Below are positions 42,154 through 50,046 of a stretch of 64,000 nt of DNA, piece after piece. The notes beneath the pieces were generated by a model. That model was given only the letters and a program-made list of their open reading frames with translations, did no database searches and was not told the DNA's origin. The DNA is taken from NCBI GenBank assembly GCA_963767945.1, contig CAVYGH010000005.1, positions 67,790-131,789 of the forward strand, in the 5' to 3' direction. The position numbers and the translations under genes are program-made. The DNA comes from an uncultured Chloroflexia bacterium (GTDB lineage: Bacteria; Chloroflexota; Limnocylindria; Limnocylindrales; CSP1-4). The stretch's first letter is position 1; each line of letters opens with the position of its first letter.

Positions 42154-42516
42154 ATGGCGAAGCAGCCGACACCGTCGGCCATCCCGGCCGATCGAATCGA
42201 GGCCTACGACCGGCTGATCGCGACCCGGGCGGGCGTCGAGCGCAAGGGCGCGACGATCCCGTATACGTCGCTCAACGGCCACATGACGAGCTACCTCGCT
42301 GAGACGGGATCGCTGGTGCTGCGCCTGTCGCCGGAGGACCGCGCGAGCTTCCTCGACGAGCAGCAATCCACGCTGCACACGGCGCACGGGACCGTCCAGA
42401 AGGAGTTCGTCGACGTGCCGGACGCGCTGTTCCTCGACACGCCGGCAATGGCACCGTGGTTCGCGGCCAGCCTCGATTGGATCGCGACGCTCAAGCCGAA
42501 GCCGACGAGGCGCTAG
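42154..42516 (+). CDS. Hypothetical 120-aa cytoplasmic protein
   Basis: ORF 42016..42516 read from MAKQPTPS. Codon usage looks coding. No family recognised with confidence. Confidence 0.5.
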   Translation: MAKQPTPSAIPADRIEAYDRLIATRAGVERKGATIPYTSLNGHMTSYLAETGSLVLRLSPEDRASFLDEQQSTLHTAHGTVQKEFVDVPDALFLDTPAMAPWFAASLDWIATLKPKPTRR

Positions 42517-42566
42517 GCGCGCCGCCGGCGTTGGCTTGATCCCGCGGCGACGGGGCGAGGCGCGCC

Positions 42567-43496
42567 TCAGCCGGGCGCTGGAGGCTGGGTCGCCGGAACC
42601 GTCCGGACGAAGGTGATGGAGTCGATCACCGACTGGAGCTCGTCCAGCTCCGCCGGCGTAGCGTCGGGGACCGACGCGGCCTGGATGACGATCCTGCCCC
42701 TGCCACCCGAGTCCAGTACCCAGGTGCGGTTCGTCGCTCCCTCGATCGGGAACTCGACCCCGAGATCCCCACTGCCCACCGCCGTGCAGCCAGCGTCGCA
42801 GACGAGGTCCCCGAGCTCCATGATCCGGAGCAGCTCGAGGGCGCAGGCGCCGTCCGGCACCGGCGTGTACTCGAGGTACTTGCCGTCGAAGCCGCCCAGC
42901 GATGCGGGCGCGGGGCTCGTCGCGTCGAGGCCGGGCATGCTCGCAAGGGCATCAGCGAGGCCATCGACACCGGGATCGATGGCCGGATCGCGGAGCTGCC
43001 CGCTGCACGTGTCCGCGTACACGTTCGGGACCGACAGGAACGCGAGCGACACCCGGTCGGGCCTGAGGACGTTGACGTCGCGCCCCTCCCAGCCGTCGGG
43101 CACCGTGAAGGTCATGGCGATCGGCAGATCGAAGGCGAAGTCGGTCGTGTACGTGCCGGCCGCGATCGGCCCCGACCACGCATAGGCCACGGGCGAGGCC
43201 GCGATGGTCGGGACCGGGGTGATGGACGGTGTCGGCGAGGGGCCTGGAGCGGCCACCCCGCCTCCCTGTGGCAACAGGTTGATCCCGACCGCGACGGCGA
43301 CCAGGACGGCCGCGGCCGCGAGCGCGATCCTCGCGATGACGGGCATGTGAGGTTCCCTCCACGGGCCGATCACGACCCGCTGATGTGTTCGTTCGACGTG
43401 GTCGCGCACGGCCGCATAGGAACGTTGCGGCAGCTCATCGACTCCCTCCGCGAGGAAGGCGCCGATCAGCCGATCGGGGTCCCGGGACGCGGTCAT
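42567..43496 (-). CDS. ECF-sigma-associated single-pass membrane protein (putative anti-sigma) with a Cys-containing extracytoplasmic domain
   Basis: ORF 42567..43817 read from MTASRDPD (43496). ATGA overlap with the sigma gene. TM IARIALAAAAVLVAVAVGI. No HxxxCxxC zinc motif. Confidence 0.65.
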   Translation of the reverse strand: MTASRDPDRLIGAFLAEGVDELPQRSYAAVRDHVERTHQRVVIGPWREPHMPVIARIALAAAAVLVAVAVGINLLPQGGGVAAPGPSPTPSITPVPTIAASPVAYAWSGPIAAGTYTTDFAFDLPIAMTFTVPDGWEGRDVNVLRPDRVSLAFLSVPNVYADTCSGQLRDPAIDPGVDGLADALASMPGLDATSPAPASLGGFDGKYLEYTPVPDGACALELLRIMELGDLVCDAGCTAVGSGDLGVEFPIEGATNRTWVLDSGGRGRIVIQAASVPDATPAELDELQSVIDSITFVRTVPATQPPAPG

Positions 43497-44047
43497 GCGA
43501 GTCGCTCCTGCGAGATGGATGGAGTCCGGTCGTCGGCCTCGAGGCTCGACCGGAGCGCGGCATTGGCGTGATGGAGCCGGGACTTGGCGGTCCCGACGGG
43601 AATGCCCAGGCGATCCGCCACCTCGGTCATGGAGAGCCCGAGGTAGTGATGGAAGACGAGCACGGCCCGTTGTTCGAGCGTGAGCCTCCGGAAGGCGCGC
43701 TCGAGCTGGTCGCGGTCGTCGACGGTCAGGACATCGGCGGCGTCGCGCGTCGCCTCGAGGTGCAGGACCTGGACGTTGGCTGACCAGCGACGGCTGCGCT
43801 TGGCCTCGGCGTAGCACTCGTAGGTCAGGATTCGATGCAGCCAGGGCTCGAAGCGCTCAGGGTCCCGGAGCGTGCGCAGCTCGCGCCACGCGATGATGAG
43901 CGCGGCCTGCACCGCGTCATCGGCGAGATCGGCGTCGCGCAGGATCCGATGCGCGATCGCCATGCACCGATCGCCGACCTCGCGGGCGAGCGCGTCGAAG
44001 GCCTCGACGTCGCCCCCCATCGCACGGTCCACGAGCGCTCGATGCAC
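43493..44047 (-). CDS. ECF (group IV) RNA polymerase sigma factor
   Basis: Region 2: DAVQAALIIAWRELRTLRDPERFEPWLHRI. Region 4: LSMTEVADRLGIPVGTAKSRLHHA. AGGAGG lies 8 nt before GTG 44047. Confidence 0.85.
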   Translation of the reverse strand: MHRALVDRAMGGDVEAFDALAREVGDRCMAIAHRILRDADLADDAVQAALIIAWRELRTLRDPERFEPWLHRILTYECYAEAKRSRRWSANVQVLHLEATRDAADVLTVDDRDQLERAFRRLTLEQRAVLVFHHYLGLSMTEVADRLGIPVGTAKSRLHHANAALRSSLEADDRTPSISQERLA

Positions 44048-44101
44048 CCTTCGGCCTCCTAGTCGATCGGTTCAGATGATCCGATCGTTCTGGAGAGGGA
44101 T

Positions 44102-44521
44102 CTAGCCCGCGATTGGTTCAATCTTGCTCGCGATCGCGGCCGGCTCGCCCTGCGACTCGACGGGGCACTTCGCGCTCAGGGCCGACCGCCATCGGCCATC
44201 GTCTCGCACGAACACCTCGGTGATCCACTCGTCGGCGGTGTAGGCCACGCCGTCCCACGTTCCGCTGCTCGCCTTGCGGGCCGTGACGATCACCGTGTCC
44301 CCGTGCACGGCGACCCGAGGCTCGCCGATCGTGCGCATCGTGTGATGGGCCAGGCGGCCGGTCGCGATCGAGTCGATGACGTCGGCCCTCGACGTCGCGC
44401 CAGCGGGTCCGACGTAGACCCAGTCGTCGGTGACGAAGCGGGCGAACGCATCGGCGTCGTTCGTGACCAGCGCGGCGTCCCACGCCGCGGAGACGGCGAG
44501 AACGTCCGCTTCGGCGCTCAT
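44102..44521 (-). CDS. SnoaL-like / DUF4440 (NTF2-fold) protein
   Basis: Intact ORF. Typical pattern: ...AWDAALVTNDADAFARFVTDDWVYVGPAG...WITEVFVRDDGRWR. Confidence 0.65.
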   Translation of the reverse strand: MSAEADVLAVSAAWDAALVTNDADAFARFVTDDWVYVGPAGATSRADVIDSIATGRLAHHTMRTIGEPRVAVHGDTVIVTARKASSGTWDGVAYTADEWITEVFVRDDGRWRSALSAKCPVESQGEPAAIASKIEPIAG

Positions 44522-44543
44522 GACGCGTCGGTCGTTCGGGGCT

Positions 44544-44620
44544 TGGGGTGGCCTATGGGGCTCGAACCCATAACCTTCGGAGCCACAATCCGATGCTCTG
44601 CCTATTGAGCTAAGGCCACC
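44544..44620 (-). tRNA. tRNA-His (anticodon GUG) with encoded G-1 and 3' CCA
   Basis: The reverse complement reads GGTGGCCTTAGCTCAATAGGCAGAGCATCGGATTGTGGCTCCGAAGGTTATGGGTTCGAGCCCCATAGGCCACCCCA. Acceptor stem GTGGCCT/AGGCCAC. D stem GCTC/GAGC. Anticodon stem TCGGA/TCCGA with loop TTGTGGC. T stem ATGGG/CCCAT with loop TTCGAGC. An extra 5' G lies opposite discriminator C. Confidence 0.92.
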
Positions 44621-44697
44621 AAGGGTCGCCCGGGGCGCCGCGACGGGGCGCCGCGCAGGGCCAGCGGAGTGTACCGGAAACCCTCGGCGGCGGGCGG

Positions 44698-44925
44698 TCA
44701 GGCCTCGGCGATCTCCATCGCATCGACCTCCTCGTCGGTCAGACGGCGGCCCGTGGTCAGCTCGGCTCCGTCGTCGTCGCCACCGGCGGCGTCCACCTCG
44801 TCCCCGTGCAGCCCGGAGAGGTCGCCGTTCGGCAGGTCGTCAGGGAGTCCGTCGTCGGCCACGTCGTCGGCCAGGCGCAGGACGACGTCGCCCGCGGGCT
44901 CGTCCAGGTCGAGGTCGTCGTCCAT
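44698..44925 (-). CDS. Hyperacidic 75-aa protein, translationally coupled to the upstream gene
   Basis: Tail of ORF 44698..46056, from MDDDLDLDEP. 27 of 75 residues are Asp/Glu, with 3 Arg and no Lys. Its ATG overlaps the upstream TGA by one base (TGATG at 44923..44927). Confidence 0.6.
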   Translation of the reverse strand: MDDDLDLDEPAGDVVLRLADDVADDGLPDDLPNGDLSGLHGDEVDAAGGDDDGAELTTGRRLTDEEVDAMEIAEA

Positions 44926-45848
44926 CACCCGCCTCCGTCGGTTCGTCGCAGGCCGCTCCGGTGGACCCACTCGGTCCCGTCGCGGTTGCCGATCCACAGA
45001 CCGCGGGTCGAGCCCGGCGGGAGCACGCCGTCCGACTTCCGCTGCCAGCCCACGAACCGCTCGTCGGCGCGGAGCGTGTCCACGATGTCGTCCGAGTCGA
45101 GCCGCGTCGGCCGCCTGCGGACGATGATCTCCTTGCCCGGCGGTGGGTTGGCCCGGTAGCGACGCGGCCCGTCGTCGAACTCGTCGGCGTGGAATCGCAG
45201 CCGGATGCCGCTCGGGGCCCGGACGGGCGGCTCCTCGTCGTCGAGGGCCCTGAGCTCGGCGACCGTCGGGCGCCGGGGGCCGAAGCCCGCGTACAGCCGG
45301 CCCGGGCCCAGGCGGCGGGTCCCGCTGTCGTTCAGGAACAGGTTCGCGCCGAACGCGGCGACCTTGCGCCAGGCCCACAGCTGCGGCTCGCCGCGGGCCG
45401 GGTCGTAGACGAGCGCCGCCTTCGGCCGCCCGCCGTGGTCCGCGTCGATGCCGCGGGCCTCGTGCACGTAGACCGCGTGGTTCGCGGCGCCGTGCCCCGG
45501 GAACACGATGTTGTTGCCCTGCAGGACGAACCCTCGGCCGCTGCGAAGCCGTCGGATCGCGATGTCGATGGGGATCGCCCGGCCCCCGGTCCGGACGGCG
45601 ATCCGGACGCCGAACGACTCCTCGGCGACCGGTGCCACCTGGGACAGCATGAGCCCTCCCTCGATGTCCTCGGGCATGACCAGCCGCCGGATCCGGCAGC
45701 CGCTCGGCTGGTGCTCGCCGCCCGTCGCCCCGTCGATGAGCATCGCCATCGAGTACGCCGTGCAGGACACCCAGCCGAGCTTCAGGTTGTCGATGACACA
45801 GTGGCTCTTCGGGCCCTGGAACTGGTAGACCGGCCGAAGCGACGGCAT
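44925..45848 (-). CDS. Hypothetical 307-aa cytoplasmic protein with a papain-like Cys...His...Asp pattern and an SH3-like C-terminal region
   Basis: Tail of ORF 44925..46955, from MPSLRPVYQF (45848). GGTGGAG lies immediately upstream. Candidate triad contexts: GWVSCTAYSMAMLID (Cys29), AANHAVYVHEARG (His124/128) and ALVYDPA (Asp149). No signal peptide. Confidence 0.65.
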   Translation of the reverse strand: MPSLRPVYQFQGPKSHCVIDNLKLGWVSCTAYSMAMLIDGATGGEHQPSGCRIRRLVMPEDIEGGLMLSQVAPVAEESFGVRIAVRTGGRAIPIDIAIRRLRSGRGFVLQGNNIVFPGHGAANHAVYVHEARGIDADHGGRPKAALVYDPARGEPQLWAWRKVAAFGANLFLNDSGTRRLGPGRLYAGFGPRRPTVAELRALDDEEPPVRAPSGIRLRFHADEFDDGPRRYRANPPPGKEIIVRRRPTRLDSDDIVDTLRADERFVGWQRKSDGVLPPGSTRGLWIGNRDGTEWVHRSGLRRTDGGG

Positions 45849-46064
45849 CTCCACCTCGCGGCTTCCCCCCGCCCGCGTCGCACCCCTGGACCCGGGCGGT
45901 CCACGCGCTGAGTGTGCGCCGATCGCGGCCGACATGGAAGAGCGGACCTGGTCGCTCCGGTGTGGTCGAGGTCGGTGCGGTTCGGCAACTGGTACGGCGG
46001 GTCGGTCCGGTCGGGACCATTGCGCCGGGGATGGCTCCGGTTGGCTCCGCGAGCATCGGCGGCG

Positions 46065-47074
46065 ATGACGCCCACCTCGACCATCATCGCGCGCCTGCTC
46101 GCGCCCATCGCCGATGCCCGGCGCGTCGCGGCGATGGTCGCGCTGGCCTTCGCGGTGACCTCGGCCGGGCTGCTGGCGACGCCCCGCGCGGCCCTCGCGT
46201 GGGGAGCCAACGAGTTCAGCTCGGGCTCCGAGTCGATGCTGATCTCGCTCCAGAACCAGGCCCGCGCATCGGCCGGCAAGAAGGCACTCAAGCTCGACAC
46301 CGACCTTCGCCAGGCCGCCCGCTGGCGGAGCAAGGACATGGTCGAGCGCGACTACTTCTCGCACACGATCAAGGGCACCGACCGGAACGTGTTCTGGTAC
46401 CTGCAGCACGAGTACGGCTACTGCTTCAAGCTCGCCGGCGAGAACATCGGGACGGTCAAGTGGGATGGCGCGAGCGAGGAGGACGCGACGAACTGGGTGT
46501 TCGACGCGTTCATGCACTCCGACGGCCACCGCGACAACATCATGGGCAAGGCGTGGGACGTGGTCGCGGTCGGCGCCTACAAGGGCCCCAACGACAAGTT
46601 CATGTGGACGGTCCTGTTCGCCGACTCGTGCGCCTCGAACCCCGACCCCACGCCGAAGCCCACGCCCAAGCCGACCCCCAAACCCACCCACAAGCCGGAT
46701 CCGACGAGGCCGGAAAGCCCGACGCCGAAGCCGGACCGGCCGGATCCCACGCCCGATCGCTCGAACCACAACCCGGACCGCGACCAGCCGAAGCCCGATC
46801 CGACGAAGCGCCCGAAGCCGACCGAGGCGCCGACGCCGGAGCCGACTCCTCGCCGTCACCGACGCCCGAGCCGACCCCGTTGACGATTCCATCGGTGCTC
46901 GAGGCGACGCCGACGCCGTCTCCGACCCCTGTGGCGCCGCCGACCCATGACCCACCGGACGAGCCGGTGGCCGCCCAGCCTCCCGGCGCGCTCCGCGTGG
47001 TCGACCGTCCCCAGCCCTCGGGCCTCGTGGACTCGATCCTGGGATCCGTCGTCGCCCGGTTCTTCGGGGGCTGA
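46065..47074 (+). CDS. Secreted CAP/SCP (YkwD-like) domain protein with a long Pro/Thr/Lys-rich region; frame broken near 46848
   Basis: Signal peptide AAMVALAFAVTSAGLLATPRAALA. CAP motifs RWRSKDMVERDYFSH, GENIG and HSDGHRDNIMG. PTPKPTPKPTPKP repeats. The C-terminus (...LVDSILGSVVARFFGG) is in the ORF 45914..47074 frame. Confidence 0.75.
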
Positions 47075-47133
47075 CCGAGCGACCGGCCCCGATGGAGGCC
47101 GGTCGCCACGAGATCCATCGTTCGAGAGCGTGG

Positions 47134-48471
47134 TCAGGGCGTCACCGGCAACGCGAGTCGTTGCCAGTCGAGGTCGGCGTCTGATTGCCACGGGATCGTC
47201 GACCAGGGGCCGCCGTCCGGGTCGAGCAGGTAGGCCGTTCCCACCAGGTCGACATTGGGAAACATCAGGATCTTTGATGCGTCGGGCGCCCACAGCCAGT
47301 GGGCCGTCCCGGCCAGCTGCGGGCCGGTCTCGACCAGCCCCGTGCCATCCGCATGAACGACGAACACGCCGTGCGTCGTTCGGTTCGGGATGTTGTGCCA
47401 GAACGCGATCCGGCTCCCGTCAGGCGACACCACGGCCTGGCCGTCCCAGGTGTCGCCGCTGTTGGGGATGAACTGGTGTTGGTCGCTGCCGTCGGCGTTC
47501 ATGACGAACAGCTGGCAGCAGCCGGGCTGTCCGTAGCTCGCGTCGTCGGTCCAGTGGTTGTAGAAGATCTGGCTGCCATCGGCCGAGTAGGTGGCGTTCG
47601 TCAGGTCGAGGGTGTCTGCAGGTTGGTCCGTCGGCGGCGTGACGAGCGTTCGCACGTTGGTTCCGTCGGCGTTCATGGCGAAGAGGCCGTCGATCTTCGG
47701 CTTGATCGTCACGCCCGAGGACAGGTCGTCGACCGCGGCGCGGAACAGGATCTCCCGCCCATCCGGCGGTCGGAACTGGAGCGAGTCGAGCCCGGCCGCT
47801 GCCGGAAGCCGCTCGGCGGCTCCGTTGCCTGACGCGTCGACCATGTCGAGCTGGTTGACGCCGTCGACCGTGTGGACGACCGCGACGTGTCCGCTGTCGG
47901 GCGTCCAGGCGATCCACTCCCAGAAGACCGGAGCGGGCGTGATCTTGCGGAGGCGGGATCCATCGGCCTCCACGACGAAGACGTCGGCGCCCAACGGACC
48001 CGCGGTGGTCCCGACGTCGCGCACGAAGGCAACCTTCGTGCCGTCCGGCGAGAACTGCGGCAGGGCTTCGTCCTCCGGGCTTGCGACGAGGACGCGGGTC
48101 GTGCCGGTCACGGGGTCGCCGAGGTAGAGGTCGCCCTGGGCGATGTAGGGGATCAACCCGTTTCCGGCCAGCCCGAACGGTGCCGGGACTGCGGACTTGC
48201 GACTGCCGGCGAGCAGGGCGAGGCCGATGGCGAGGGCGATGAGCAGGAGGGCGGCGACCGCGACCGCGCGCATGGGGACGCGCGGTGCGGCCGACAGCCG
48301 CTGGGAGATTGCGGACATGGGGAGCCACCTTTCGAGGAAGGTCCAGCCGGGTCGCTGCCGCGTGCGGCCGACCTGGCCGAGGATGTCGTCGAAGTAGGCG
48401 GGCGTCCGCGGCGCCGCGAGCTCGTCGAGGAGCTCCGGCAGCCTGCGCTCGTAGCGGGTCGACGAGCTCAT
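47134..48471 (-). CDS. ECF-sigma-associated single-pass membrane protein (putative anti-sigma) with an extracytoplasmic TolB-like beta-propeller
   Basis: ORF 47134..48798 read from MSSSTRYE (48471). ATGA overlap with the sigma gene. TM VAVAALLLIALAIGLALLAG. Repeated PD40-like units (SPDGTKVAFV, TPDSGHVAVV, SADGSQIFY, SPDGSRIAFW). Confidence 0.7.
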   Translation of the reverse strand: MSSSTRYERRLPELLDELAAPRTPAYFDDILGQVGRTRQRPGWTFLERWLPMSAISQRLSAAPRVPMRAVAVAALLLIALAIGLALLAGSRKSAVPAPFGLAGNGLIPYIAQGDLYLGDPVTGTTRVLVASPEDEALPQFSPDGTKVAFVRDVGTTAGPLGADVFVVEADGSRLRKITPAPVFWEWIAWTPDSGHVAVVHTVDGVNQLDMVDASGNGAAERLPAAAGLDSLQFRPPDGREILFRAAVDDLSSGVTIKPKIDGLFAMNADGTNVRTLVTPPTDQPADTLDLTNATYSADGSQIFYNHWTDDASYGQPGCCQLFVMNADGSDQHQFIPNSGDTWDGQAVVSPDGSRIAFWHNIPNRTTHGVFVVHADGTGLVETGPQLAGTAHWLWAPDASKILMFPNVDLVGTAYLLDPDGGPWSTIPWQSDADLDWQRLALPVTP

Positions 48472-49031
48472 GCGAACTGCCCTCCGGGGATCGGTTCGCC
48501 AGCCTCGATGTCGGCATCCGTGAGGGTGCCCCGCATCGCGACGAGCGACCGGTGGAGGCGGGACTTGACGGTCCCGACCGGGATCCCCATCGCGACGGCG
48601 ATCTCCGTCAGGGGCATCCCGAGGAAGAAGTGCTGAACGACGATCGCGCGCCACTCCGGGTCGAGCCGGCGGAGCGCGTCGTCGAGCTGCTCCCGCTCCG
48701 CGATGCCGGCCGACTCGTCGCCGACCGACGGCATCAGGATGGGGGTGAGCTCGACCTCGATCGATCGACGACGGCGACGTCTCGCCACGTCGAGGCACGC
48801 ATTGATGGTCAGCTTGCGCAGCCAGGCGTCGAACCGGTCCGGGTCGCGCAACCCGGGCAGGTCTCGCCAGGCTCGCACCATGGCGTCCTGGACGGCATCG
48901 CGCGCGAGCTCGCCGTCCCGGAGGATCAGGCGGGCGGCCCCGTCCAGCCGCGCGACGGCCGCGCCCGCCAGCGTCGCGAAGGCGTCTTGGTCGCCTCGCT
49001 TCGCCCGCAGGACGAGGTCTCGCTGGTCCAC
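48468..49031 (-). CDS. ECF (group IV) RNA polymerase sigma factor
   Basis: ORF 48468..49136, probably starting at GTG 49031 (VDQRDLVLRAKRGD). Region 2: DAVQDAMVRAWRDLPGLRDPDRFDAWLRKL. Region 4: MPLTEIAVAMGIPVGTVKSRLHRS. Confidence 0.85.
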   Translation of the reverse strand: MDQRDLVLRAKRGDQDAFATLAGAAVARLDGAARLILRDGELARDAVQDAMVRAWRDLPGLRDPDRFDAWLRKLTINACLDVARRRRRRSIEVELTPILMPSVGDESAGIAEREQLDDALRRLDPEWRAIVVQHFFLGMPLTEIAVAMGIPVGTVKSRLHRSLVAMRGTLTDADIEAGEPIPGGQFA

Positions 49032-49199
49032 GGTCGCTCCGCAGTGACGCGGCTCACATGGTCGCGTTCGGATGCTACTGGCGTTCGGGAGGCCCGGAAG
49101 GTTCCCGGGACAGGACTTTCGGGCCGCAGACCGCACCGGACCGCACCGCTAGCGTACGCACCCGACCACGCCTCGCCCGCACGGGAGCCGATCAGCCGC

Positions 49200-50028
49200 A
49201 TGACCGCCGCGACGCCCGCCGCCACGCCCACGACCGGCGCCCCGCCGACCGGATCGCCCACGACCGACCCGACGCCCAGGCCCATCCTCGCCGCCAGCGG
49301 CCTGACCAAGGACTACCGCCTGACCGGCGAGACCGTCGAGGCCGTGCGCGGCGTCAGCCTCCAGGTGATGCCCGGCGAGTTCATCGCGCTGATGGGGCCG
49401 TCGGGCTCGGGCAAGAGCACGCTGCTGCAGCTGCTGGGCGGGCTCGACCGGCCCACCGCCGGCGAGGTCGTCCTCGACGGTCAGTCGATCGGGAGCCTGT
49501 CCGACGACGAGGCGACCCGCCTCCGTCGCGAGCGCACGGGCTTCGTGTTCCAGTCGTTCAACCTCGTGCCGCTGCTCGACGTCGTCGAGAACGTGGGCCT
49601 GCCGTTCACGATCGCCGGCCAGGACCCGCGGAGCGGCCCGCTCGCTGATCGGGTGCGGGACGCGATCGCGCTCGTCGAGCTCGTCCGGCAAGGAGCGCCA
49701 CCGCCCCGACCAGCTGTCGGCGGGCGAGCAGCAGCGGGTCGCCGTCGCGCGGGCGATCGTGACCCGGCCGGCCCTCCTGTTCGCCGACGAGCCGACCGGC
49801 AACCTCGACTTCACGACGGGCCTCGGCATCCTCGACGCGCTGTGGCGGACGTGCGTCGACCGCGGTCAGACGATCATGCTCGTCACCCACGACGCGAAGA
49901 CCGCGGCCTACGCCGATCGGGTGCTGGTCATCGGCGACGGCGTGATCCGCGAGGAGATCGTGCTCGGCCGCCGCGACGACCACTCGGCCGCGCCGCTGAT
50001 CTCGCGGCTCGCGCAGCTCGGCCTCTAG
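49200..50028 (+). CDS. MacB/LolD-type ABC transporter ATP-binding protein; frame broken near 49685
   Basis: Walker [10 protein letters not shown] is in the ORF 48285 frame, from ATG 49200. After ...LVEL the protein continues as [41 protein letters not shown] (ORF 49759 frame). Confidence 0.85.
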
Positions 50029-50046
50029 GCGGCCGACCCGGAACCG

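Noticed and set aside
46620-46860. Short tandem repeats (also 37150..37260) as possible CRISPR or satellite arrays
   Set aside because: They lie inside ORFs and encode Pro/Thr/Lys-rich and Gly/Phe-rich low-complexity protein segments. There is no repeat-spacer structure.
44544-47133. Genomic island or prophage remnant integrated at tRNA-His
   Set aside because: There is no integrase, recombinase, phage or transfer gene. I noticed no direct repeat of the tRNA 3' end, and no obvious drop in GC content relative to the flanks.
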